Origin: Granulicella sp.
GTDB lineage: Bacteria > Acidobacteriota > Terriglobia > Terriglobales > Acidobacteriaceae
Direction: 5' to 3'
NCBI GenBank assembly: GCA_027339965.1
Contig: DAHWNL010000073.1
Coordinates: 16,177-80,176, forward strand
Length of the DNA: 64,000 nucleotides
In this document: positions 1-7,310 of the stretch, one piece after another
Position numbering within the stretch: the first letter of the stretch is position 1
Layout: each line of letters begins with the position of its first letter
Notes under the pieces: model-generated
Database searches by the model: none
What the model was told of the DNA's origin: nothing
Seen by the model: only the letters and a program-made list of their open reading frames with translations
Program-made: the position numbers and the translations under genes

Positions 1-289
1 CGAGAACAGGTTTGCCATCCTGTTGCCGGTTCTGGCTCTGGCGCATGAGAACGATCCCGACCCGGAGTTGCGGTCGTGGAAGACTCCGCCGGAAGCCCAA
101 TTGCGAAAAGAAGTACTCGCAGGACTATCTGTCGCTACGCAGCGGCTCTGGGACTACTTCCGCTCAGGTAGCAGCAGGACGTCCGCCCGCCCCCCCGCAA
201 CCAAGTCGAAAATCGGCCGCAACGATCCCTGCTACTGTGGTTCCGGGAAGAAGTACAAGCGCTGCTGCGGCAACGTCACCGTGCACTGA
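1..289 (+). CDS. SEC-C motif protein (UPF0149/YecA-like), C-terminal part, 5'-truncated by window
   Basis: C-terminal [20 protein letters not shown] is a SEC-C motif. Confidence 0.8.
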   Translation, partial: ENRFAILLPVLALAHENDPDPELRSWKTPPEAQLRKEVLAGLSVATQRLWDYFRSGSSRTSARPPATKSKIGRNDPCYCGSGKKYKRCCGNVTVH

Positions 290-376
290 GCGGCCGCCTG
301 CGCTCCGGAAAGTTGAGCGATCGGAGAAGGGGACCCTGTCACACCTGGATGATTGCCGCGCCAGACTTCCGGGACA

Positions 377-826
377 CTATGACGGCGCCAGGATTTCGAG
401 CTTCGGGAAATAGGTCCGATAGCGCGCAGCATCGCGCGTGAGCAGGGCCAGCCGCTCGATGGCCGCGTGCGCTCCGATATAAAAGTCCGGAAGCGGTGTA
501 GCCCGCCGGCCGCCTCGCCGGCGATAGCTCAGGAAGCACTTGCCGGCAAGGAACCCGGCCTCCCATGGCAGAGCTTCCCGCTCGTAGGAAGCAAGGGGGA
601 GAGCAGCGTCCAGAGCTTCAATGGTGCTGAATCCGATCGATACATCGGCATAGACAATGGGATTGATAATCAGGACCGTGCGTTCGGCACATTCAGCCAG
701 TGCCTGCGCCGACCACTCTGCCCATTTGGCGTCATTGGTTGCAATATCCAGGAGTATATTGCTGTCGACGAGAACGCCGCGGCAGTTGCTTAGGCGGGAG
801 GACAGGTTACCGAGTGCGATCGTCAT
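377..826 (-). CDS. vapC: VapC-family PIN toxin
   Basis: VLVDSNILLD and LPDFYIGAHA...LLTRD PIN motifs; overlaps the antitoxin stop. Confidence 0.9.
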   Translation of the reverse strand: MTIALGNLSSRLSNCRGVLVDSNILLDIATNDAKWAEWSAQALAECAERTVLIINPIVYADVSIGFSTIEALDAALPLASYEREALPWEAGFLAGKCFLSYRRRGGRRATPLPDFYIGAHAAIERLALLTRDAARYRTYFPKLEILAPS

Positions 827-1083
827 TTTCCCTTCGCGCCCGACCGGCTGCCTCCGCGGGTCAGTGCCATGATTTCATCCGTCGAGAGGCGTGTATCGGC
901 CGAGCCGCGCAGCGCCCTGAGCGCCCTCTGACCCCGAACACCGTATCCTTCTGTGCGTCTGGCTTTGCGAATCCGGGCATGGTCGCCGCTCACTTCGAAC
1001 TCGACCTCGGTATGGGGCAGAAGGCCCAGCTGGTTCCTGACTTCCTGAGGAATGGTGACCTGACCCTTGCTCGTGATCTGCAT
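823..1083 (-). CDS. vapB: AbrB/MazE-family antitoxin
   Basis: ITSKGQVTIPQEVRNQLGL AbrB signature, directly upstream of the PIN gene. Confidence 0.9.
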   Translation of the reverse strand: MQITSKGQVTIPQEVRNQLGLLPHTEVEFEVSGDHARIRKARRTEGYGVRGQRALRALRGSADTRLSTDEIMALTRGGSRSGAKGK

Positions 1084-1142
1084 CGGTAATACTCCTACTG
1101 GTAAGGGTAGTAGTCATCGATGGGGAAAGCAAGCAACGTCGA

Positions 1143-2036
1143 CTAGAGCCCGGATTCCGTTCGACGGACATCGCCCCGGGACTCCCGCCTCGATGTCCAT
1201 TCTGACCGGTCCCAGCCACCCATCGAATCGGGAAGCGCACGCTTCCTTTGCGATTTTCGTACCCGGCGCCACAATTCGGGGTCCACAGGAAGGGGGGTCA
1301 CCTGTCCGGTGGCAGCATTAAAAAATCCGCCGTGATGGCAAAGTCTGCCGTAGCGGAAGAGTCTCGCCAGCATGGCCAAGGCGCTTGTAGCGAGCGTTTG
1401 ATTGATGAACGGCTCCTGCCGTTCGAGCGCCTCGACGGCAGAGCAACTGGGCAGAGGGTCTTCGCCGGCTGCGGCATCGGCAATCTCCGGATAGAGCTCG
1501 CTGACCGTCCGCAGCCGTTCCGCCTTGCGGCGGTTCCTACCATTGAGCGGCTGGCCCAGTACGAACTGTCCGCTCGACGCGTTGTTGCCGAGATCGAGCC
1601 AGTACGTGACATAGCTCGACTTCCTGGTCACGCTTCGCTCAATGACACCGCGTGCCCCCCGCGTGTCCACACACCCAATCAGAAGATCTGGGCTGTGGTC
1701 ATGATTCGGCCGGACCGTCGTCTCATCAAAGCACGTAGGTTGGGCATTCCACTTCGTCCCCCAGAACAGGTTGATGCGGTTGATCAGGACCGTCGCCTTG
1801 TTCTGTCCCACATCGGACCACGAGAACGGCTGCCGAACGCAATTGGTTTCAGAGACCGTGTCCCCATCCATGAGGGTGACTTCGAGACCATAGGGATGTC
1901 CCCATGCCCGCATCGCCTGGTGGAGATACGGCAACCCCATTACGATGGCGCTCCCCGTGCCACCGGCGCCCACCACCAGAATCCTCAAGGGCTGGCGACC
2001 GAGCAGACCGGACGGGAGAAGATGCTCGATGCGCAT
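1143..2036 (-). CDS. PRTRC system ThiF (E1-like) protein
   Basis: VVGAGGTGS, DGDTVSETNCVRQ, GCVD, YWLDLGN, PSCS motifs. Confidence 0.9.
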   Translation of the reverse strand: MRIEHLLPSGLLGRQPLRILVVGAGGTGSAIVMGLPYLHQAMRAWGHPYGLEVTLMDGDTVSETNCVRQPFSWSDVGQNKATVLINRINLFWGTKWNAQPTCFDETTVRPNHDHSPDLLIGCVDTRGARGVIERSVTRKSSYVTYWLDLGNNASSGQFVLGQPLNGRNRRKAERLRTVSELYPEIADAAAGEDPLPSCSAVEALERQEPFINQTLATSALAMLARLFRYGRLCHHGGFFNAATGQVTPLPVDPELWRRVRKSQRKRALPDSMGGWDRSEWTSRRESRGDVRRTESGL

Positions 2037-2042
2037 CGCTCG

Positions 2043-2750
2043 CTACCTCCCCTGAATGAATTGCGCGAGCGTCTGCGGCAAGCGAATCAGCGCATCGGCA
2101 GGAAACGGCCGCCGCTTGCCGGCAAGCTCGGCCCACAGAGCATCGTGGCCGCCCTTGTGACGCGTGACTCTTCCCACATTGGCGTGCGTGAACGCGCTTT
2201 CGTAGAATCCCTGCTCCCAAGCTCCGATCGATGTCACCGATGCAGTCTCGGGACAGCGCATCGATCCCAGGCACACACGGCCGTCATCCGAGAGATTCCA
2301 GAAGGGAGCGACGGCAAGCGCGGTTTCAGCGTCTGGCCGTTTATTCTCGCAGATCGCCCGGATCTTCAGGTCTCCCTGCGCCACCCTCCACACGAGCGGT
2401 GGCTGCGGGAAGACTTTGCCATTGAGGCGCTCCGCCTTGCCCTCGACGTTCTCGAAGAACATGCGTCGCGCGCGCCGCGGCGTCCACCAGACGATCATTC
2501 GGTCCGTTTTCGCCAGAACGTTTTCCGACAGTATCTCGGCTACAGCGCCACCGGACAGCGACTCTGCCAAGTCTTCGATGAAAGCGGACGTCAATGGTTG
2601 CGCCGGTCCGAGTGTTGGCGGACCTTGTGGCTGCGCCGTTACCGTGTGCCAGGTGATAAAGCTGCGCCGGTTCTCGCGGTAGACGAGCAGCGCGTCACGC
2701 AACTCGAAGCGATGCATCTCCCCGATCGCGATCTCAACTTTCATTTCCAT
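2043..2750 (-). CDS. PRTRC system protein B (E2-like)
   Basis: VWWTP, FPQPPLVW, APFWNL..GRVCLGS, FYESAFTH motifs; adjacent to ThiF. Confidence 0.85.
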   Translation of the reverse strand: MEMKVEIAIGEMHRFELRDALLVYRENRRSFITWHTVTAQPQGPPTLGPAQPLTSAFIEDLAESLSGGAVAEILSENVLAKTDRMIVWWTPRRARRMFFENVEGKAERLNGKVFPQPPLVWRVAQGDLKIRAICENKRPDAETALAVAPFWNLSDDGRVCLGSMRCPETASVTSIGAWEQGFYESAFTHANVGRVTRHKGGHDALWAELAGKRRPFPADALIRLPQTLAQFIQGR

Positions 2751-3837
2751 CCTTCTCCCACGCCTGGAGTTCTTCAATCAATTGGCAGACCTCCCGGTTC
2801 ACAAGCACAAAACGCTCGGCGGCACGTATCGCCGCAGAGCACTCTTCCGGATTGTCGAGTCTGAACACCGCACAGAAGGCCGGTTCCGCGGAGCCTTCCA
2901 GCATGTGCTGGCTCTCTTCGTCGAAACAGGCCGCTACGGCGTCATGCTCCTCGAAGACGATCAGGAGCGCCGGCAAGGGCGGTCCGTCGTAATACCCGTC
3001 GTAGTCTGCCGGTTCAAACGATCTCGCTTTGACCCTCGAGAGCCTGGCAATCGTCTCGACGTGCCGAATCCAGTTCCGGTACTGTCCATTGCGATGACGC
3101 CAGAGCAAGCGCCGGTAATCGGGACGCCAGTGTTCCGATTCGTGTTTGAGACTCCTGCGGATGCACTCGGGCAACGCCTTCTCGACCTCAGGAAACTCGT
3201 ACTGATCCCGATTGGCCGGGTCGTCTTCCTGGGCATACTCGATCAGGTTTTCCTCATAGGCTTGCGCGTCGCTGTGGTCGTAGATCCGCATCACGCGATA
3301 GAGCGAACGGATGAGCGTCCAATAAAAGGCCGCACCCAGACCTTCTTCCTCTGATTCGAGGGCCCGCAATGCCGGACCCATCTTGAGATAGCCGCAGCCG
3401 CTGCAGTGGATGGTGATCGCCAACTGTCCCGTGTTGAGGCCGGCGCTGTCCGCGCCGACCACATCCGTGACTTCGAGGTGATATTCGACATTGCGTTCGA
3501 GGAGATCAATGGTCTCCTTGCCGATCCGATTCGCAATGGAGCGCCGTGCAAAGGCAAGCGGGTCTTCGCCGCACTCGGTCCACAGCGCCGGTGTGCCCAG
3601 CCCCATCCGGACTAGAGTCGCGCATAGTACATAGAGCATTTCGCCGTTGACTTCATGGCTGTAGGTGGCGGGCTGACGGTTTAAGGATGGCAATGCCTGA
3701 GAGAAGGCCGGGGCCAGAGTCGCTATTGAAGGGGCGGCAGGAATTCCGTAGGCGCCGGCAAGGCCCGCACGTTGTCCGCGTGATAGCGACCGAGCGCGCT
3801 GGTCACGGCGTCCGCGAGTTCGAGAGATTCTTTGCAT
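2734..3837 (-). CDS. PRTRC system protein F-like
   Basis: Lies between PRTRC C and B; LRALESEEEGLGAAF motif; size fits. Start uncertain. Confidence 0.65.
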   Translation of the reverse strand: MQRISRTRGRRDQRARSLSRGQRAGLAGAYGIPAAPSIATLAPAFSQALPSLNRQPATYSHEVNGEMLYVLCATLVRMGLGTPALWTECGEDPLAFARRSIANRIGKETIDLLERNVEYHLEVTDVVGADSAGLNTGQLAITIHCSGCGYLKMGPALRALESEEEGLGAAFYWTLIRSLYRVMRIYDHSDAQAYEENLIEYAQEDDPANRDQYEFPEVEKALPECIRRSLKHESEHWRPDYRRLLWRHRNGQYRNWIRHVETIARLSRVKARSFEPADYDGYYDGPPLPALLIVFEEHDAVAACFDEESQHMLEGSAEPAFCAVFRLDNPEECSAAIRAAERFVLVNREVCQLIEELQAWEKDGNES

Positions 3838-3941
3838 CGGAGGTGCCTCACCAGAAGCTCATTCTGTCGGCTCGGAGGAGCCGCGGCCCTGTCCTTGAAA
3901 GCAGCGATCAGTTCCTCCGTGCTCTTTTGCTGGCGCCGCAC
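3723..3941 (-). CDS. Small hypothetical protein in the PRTRC cluster
   Basis: GTG start 2 nt after the protein C stop; overlaps the F 5' end. Confidence 0.45.
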   Translation of the reverse strand: MRRQQKSTEELIAAFKDRAAAPPSRQNELLVRHLRCKESLELADAVTSALGRYHADNVRALPAPTEFLPPLQ

Positions 3942-3943
3942 GG

Positions 3944-4156
3944 CTATCCCTTCGAACCGATGGCCCGGTTGAACGTGTAGCGAAGAGCGCTGCCCGTATC
4001 CTCCGGCCCTTCGAGGGTCGCAGTCGCAATCTCAGGCCAGGTCGGGGTAAGCAACTCGCGCACCTGCTCGACGGACAAATTGGGAGCGGGATCAGGAATT
4101 CGAGTTCCGTTGTAGAAGAATTCGCGCTGCAGTGCTTCAACTTTGAGACCACTCAT
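3944..4156 (-). CDS. PRTRC system protein C (ubiquitin-like)
   Basis: REFFYNG..IPDPAPNLSVEQVRE....WPEIATA..EGP...F.RAIGSKG; ends in Gly; AAGGAG RBS. Confidence 0.9.
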   Translation of the reverse strand: MSGLKVEALQREFFYNGTRIPDPAPNLSVEQVRELLTPTWPEIATATLEGPEDTGSALRYTFNRAIGSKG

Positions 4157-4254
4157 GAATAGCTTCTCCTTGGTCGTCGAGAATTGGTCGACGTGGGATT
4201 TATGCCGGAAATCTGATTCAATGGACAGGAACCACTGACTTTGAAAGGACCGGA

Positions 4255-4491
4255 ATGGGAATCAACGAAATCGTTGCGGCTCTCGACGATGAGATCAGCC
4301 GGCTCGAGCAGGTGCGCAGTCTGCTGGCAGGCACCAAAGGCAGTGTCAAGCACGCGGCAACTTCCTTCGCATTCGGTGCGAACCAGGACAAGTCACGCAA
4401 ACGCCGCCATCTCAGCGCCGAGGCCAGAGAGCGAATCGCCGCCGCGCAGAGGAAACGCTGGGCGGCTCAGAAGAAGGCTGCTAAGAAATAG
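4255..4491 (+). CDS. Small basic putative nucleoid-associated protein
   Basis: N-terminal coiled coil (LDDEISRLEQVRSLL) and basic tail KRRHLSAEARERIAAAQRKRWA. Confidence 0.65.
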   Translation: MGINEIVAALDDEISRLEQVRSLLAGTKGSVKHAATSFAFGANQDKSRKRRHLSAEARERIAAAQRKRWAAQKKAAKK

Positions 4492-4571
4492 CCTCACTGA
4501 GCCACGGCTTTCGATTTGTGGCGGGACGACCTACGATTGCCAGCGTCAACGATGAAGTGCTCCAACCTGTA

Positions 4572-5192
4572 TCAGGAGCAGCCACTCGTCCCGCCGCAGT
4601 TCCTGCACACGAAGCAGTTTCCATTCGGACTCATCAGAGCGCCGCAGGAACGGCAGGCTGGCGCGTCGCCAGCTTCCAATCCTTGTGACGAAATCGGTAC
4701 GACTTTGCTCGGATCGGCCGCACTGCCGCGGTAATTGCCGGATTCCGAAAACAGAGCGAGTTGCGTTCCGGAGAGGAAGCGGAGTTCGAGCCACCGGAAC
4801 AGGTAGTCCATGATCGACTTCGCGTAGCCCAGTTCCGCGCTCCCCGTCCAGCCCGATGGCTCAAAGCGAGTGTGCGACAGCTTATCGCAAAGCACACGCA
4901 AAGGCACGCCATGCTGGAGACTGACGGATAAGACGGTTCCGAAGCATTCCATCAGGCCGGCAATGGTCGATCCCTCCTTGGACATCCGGATGAAGACCTC
5001 GCCAGGCTGACCGTTGGGGTAGAGACCGACCGTCAAGTAGCCTTCATGTCCTCCGACCGCGAAGTGATGCGTGATCGCCGGGCGCTCGTCGGGAAGGCGG
5101 TGGCGGTTGGCGTCCGGAGGCCCCAAGGGCTCCGTCTGCGGTGCCTCACTTGCGACGAGCGAATCGTGAGAAGGCGCGCTGTAGGCATCCAT
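4572..5192 (-). CDS. Stand-alone C-terminal (TSCPD/NrdJb-like) domain of class II ribonucleotide reductase with Zn ribbon
   Basis: ITHHFAVGGHEGYLTVGLY.NG.PGEVFI.MSKEGSTIAG, SLQHGVPL, SIMDYLFRWL, CRSC...CRNCG.TSGCS. Confidence 0.85.
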   Translation of the reverse strand: MDAYSAPSHDSLVASEAPQTEPLGPPDANRHRLPDERPAITHHFAVGGHEGYLTVGLYPNGQPGEVFIRMSKEGSTIAGLMECFGTVLSVSLQHGVPLRVLCDKLSHTRFEPSGWTGSAELGYAKSIMDYLFRWLELRFLSGTQLALFSESGNYRGSAADPSKVVPISSQGLEAGDAPACRSCGALMSPNGNCFVCRNCGGTSGCS

Positions 5193-5310
5193 TTCTATCC
5201 TCCTGCAAGGAATTGCGGCCGTCGCTGGACGGGCCGTTCGCGACGCCAGCGAAGAGGGTTGTACCTCCGGATCGAATTTCGGTCAAACGCGCTGAACCGC
5301 GGTTGGAAAG

Positions 5311-5742
5311 CTATGCGGCTAACTGCCGCATCTCTTTGAGCTTGCGGTAGAAAGTGGTCTTCCCAATGCCCAGCAGGCGCGCGGCCTCGATCGGCTTTCG
5401 ATTGGACTTGCTGTAAGCGGCCAGGATCATGGCCCGCTCCATCTCGTCGAGCGTTGGGAACGCCTCCATAGTCGAGAGCGGATTCAAATGCACTGGGAGC
5501 TGCCGGTGCGCAGGAGACTCTTCCAGCCTCGCTGCCGTGGCGGAGATAAGTTTCGAAGCTTCCTGGAGTTTCAACAGGCATTGAGAATCCGGTTGATATA
5601 CGACTCTCTCCACCACCCGTTCGACGACGTTCACGATGGGCGCGGGCAGGGCCTGGCCGCAGCGACGGCAGTTCGCATGATCTGCCCACTGCACCAGTTC
5701 GCACTGGACACAACGAACCGTCTCTCTTTCCTTGTTCATCAT
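5311..5742 (-). CDS. Zn-ribbon plus Fis-type HTH protein
   Basis: CVQC...CRRC at the N-terminus; TLDEMERAMI...EAARLLGIGKTTFYRKLK at the C-terminus; GAGGTG RBS before the ATG at 5742. Confidence 0.75.
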   Translation of the reverse strand: MMNKERETVRCVQCELVQWADHANCRRCGQALPAPIVNVVERVVERVVYQPDSQCLLKLQEASKLISATAARLEESPAHRQLPVHLNPLSTMEAFPTLDEMERAMILAAYSKSNRKPIEAARLLGIGKTTFYRKLKEMRQLAA

Positions 5743-5791
5743 TTCACCTCTGGAATGAAGATTTCGGCCAGCGCAAACCCCGCGGGCTGGG

Positions 5792-6304
5792 TCAGAACAG
5801 AAGCCCCTGCACAGGCTCAACGGCTCCACCACCGTCTGGCGGAGGGGCCGACACCGGGCGCTCTTCCAGGCTTTTCCCCGGGCAGCGGTATTTGCCTTCG
5901 AGGCGCTCAAGCAAAGTCAATTCCGCCCTGCGTTCCTCTTCCACAAGGAGCAACTGATACCGGAGAAGATAATTCCGGTTGCGGACTTCCCGCTGAATCT
6001 CACTCTCCACATCCGAAAATGTGAATCCCGGATCTCCGTAGCAGGGGAACCGCAACGTGTGTTCGAGAAATCGAACCTGAGCGGTCAGAGACAAAAACCA
6101 TTCCTCATAGAACCCCGTCAAGTTGTAGTGAGCGATGTGCCCAAAGCAGTTCGATAGTCGGCCGTAGAGCCGATCGGTGAAGAGGTTCCGCGCGAAGCCC
6201 GAATCAATGAAGCGCAGAAGCGCGTTGCCAAACTCTGCCTTCGCGGCCGCGGAAGAGAACTTTGTAGCAACAAACTCGGAAGCAAGAAACGGCCCCTTGG
6301 TCAT
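5792..6304 (-). CDS. Hypothetical protein
   Basis: 170-aa ORF with GGAG RBS, co-oriented with neighbours. Confidence 0.65.
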   Translation of the reverse strand: MTKGPFLASEFVATKFSSAAAKAEFGNALLRFIDSGFARNLFTDRLYGRLSNCFGHIAHYNLTGFYEEWFLSLTAQVRFLEHTLRFPCYGDPGFTFSDVESEIQREVRNRNYLLRYQLLLVEEERRAELTLLERLEGKYRCPGKSLEERPVSAPPPDGGGAVEPVQGLLF

Positions 6305-6316
6305 GGTGTTCTCCGC

Positions 6317-6345
6317 AAAAGAAAAGGGCCAGCCGAGGCTGACCT
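6317..6345 (-). terminator. Putative intrinsic terminator after vapC
   Basis: Minus strand reads GGTCAGCC-TC-GGCTGGCC followed by CTTTTCTTTT. Confidence 0.5.
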
Positions 6346-6385
6346 GGTTTGTACTTGGAAATGGGACCGGGGCCGGTAGAGGGGT

Positions 6386-6811
6386 CTACCGTCGCAGTGG
6401 ATTGAAGATCTTAATTCCTGCAAAGTGCTTTTCGTTGTCCGTGACGAGAAGACAATCGTTCACTTGGGCGATCGCTGCGATCTGCATGTCGAGTGCGCTC
6501 CTCGGGCGTCCGGCGCGCGTGCCTTCCGCCATCAGGCGCCCCCAAACGAGGGCCGCCCTCTCCTCAAACCCAAGGACGCGGCCACGAAACAGCTGCTGCG
6601 GAACCTCTGCGCCCCCAAACCACTCTTTGAGTTCCCGGCGCTTCTTCCCAGCAGGTTTTTCCAGAATGCCCCGGTGAATCTCCGCGAGGCTCAGGGTGGA
6701 AATGAACAGGTCGGTGTCAATCTGGTCCGCCAACCAGTCGGTCAGAGCCTGGGATGGCGTCGGCTTGGTGAGGTTGCTGAGAATATTGGTATCGAGTAAA
6801 TAGCGCGTCAC
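6386..6811 (-). CDS. vapC: VapC-family PIN toxin
   Basis: YLLDTNILS, LSLAEIHRG, LDMQIAAIA, LVTDNEKHF. Confidence 0.9.
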   Translation of the reverse strand: MTRYLLDTNILSNLTKPTPSQALTDWLADQIDTDLFISTLSLAEIHRGILEKPAGKKRRELKEWFGGAEVPQQLFRGRVLGFEERAALVWGRLMAEGTRAGRPRSALDMQIAAIAQVNDCLLVTDNEKHFAGIKIFNPLRR

Positions 6812-7107
6812 AGCTCGATCTCTCTGCCCGTTTCGAACGGCCGCACGATTTCTAGTTCAGCGCCGACCAGAGGAGACCGCCGGAGCGCTGCAAGAATGCC
6901 GCCTCGTTTCGGTGCGCTCGATACGCTATGCTCGACCTGCGTCCTAATTTGATCGGCCTCATCGCCATTCTCTGCGAGCTTCTTGGCCAGCGCACGGATC
7001 AACTCACGGTCGCGGTTGAGACCCAGAACCTCGAACCGCGCCATTCCCTTCCGCTCGAGGCGACTGCGGTAGTTCTTGATGGCACGTTTCTGTGCAGTGG
7101 CCGTCAT
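6808..7107 (-). CDS. Putative antitoxin
   Basis: Overlaps vapC start; C-terminal LRRSPLVG.ELEIVR resembles VapB tails. Confidence 0.75.
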   Translation of the reverse strand: MTATAQKRAIKNYRSRLERKGMARFEVLGLNRDRELIRALAKKLAENGDEADQIRTQVEHSVSSAPKRGGILAALRRSPLVGAELEIVRPFETGREIEL

Positions 7108-7310
7108 CTCTTTCTCCTATAACCAGTAATATATCCAGAAAAAGCGATTGTGGCAAACCTGTTGCGCAATGGAGGCTCTCCTGGTAGCCATGATCGCGCG
7201 TCAACTGCGCAACCTCGGACTCAGGCCTTCATGCATAAGGAGTTTTCATCACAATTCACGCTTCCGTAGAGGAGCTGCGAAGCGGCCTTTTTGTTACGGA
7301 GATGCCTTTT

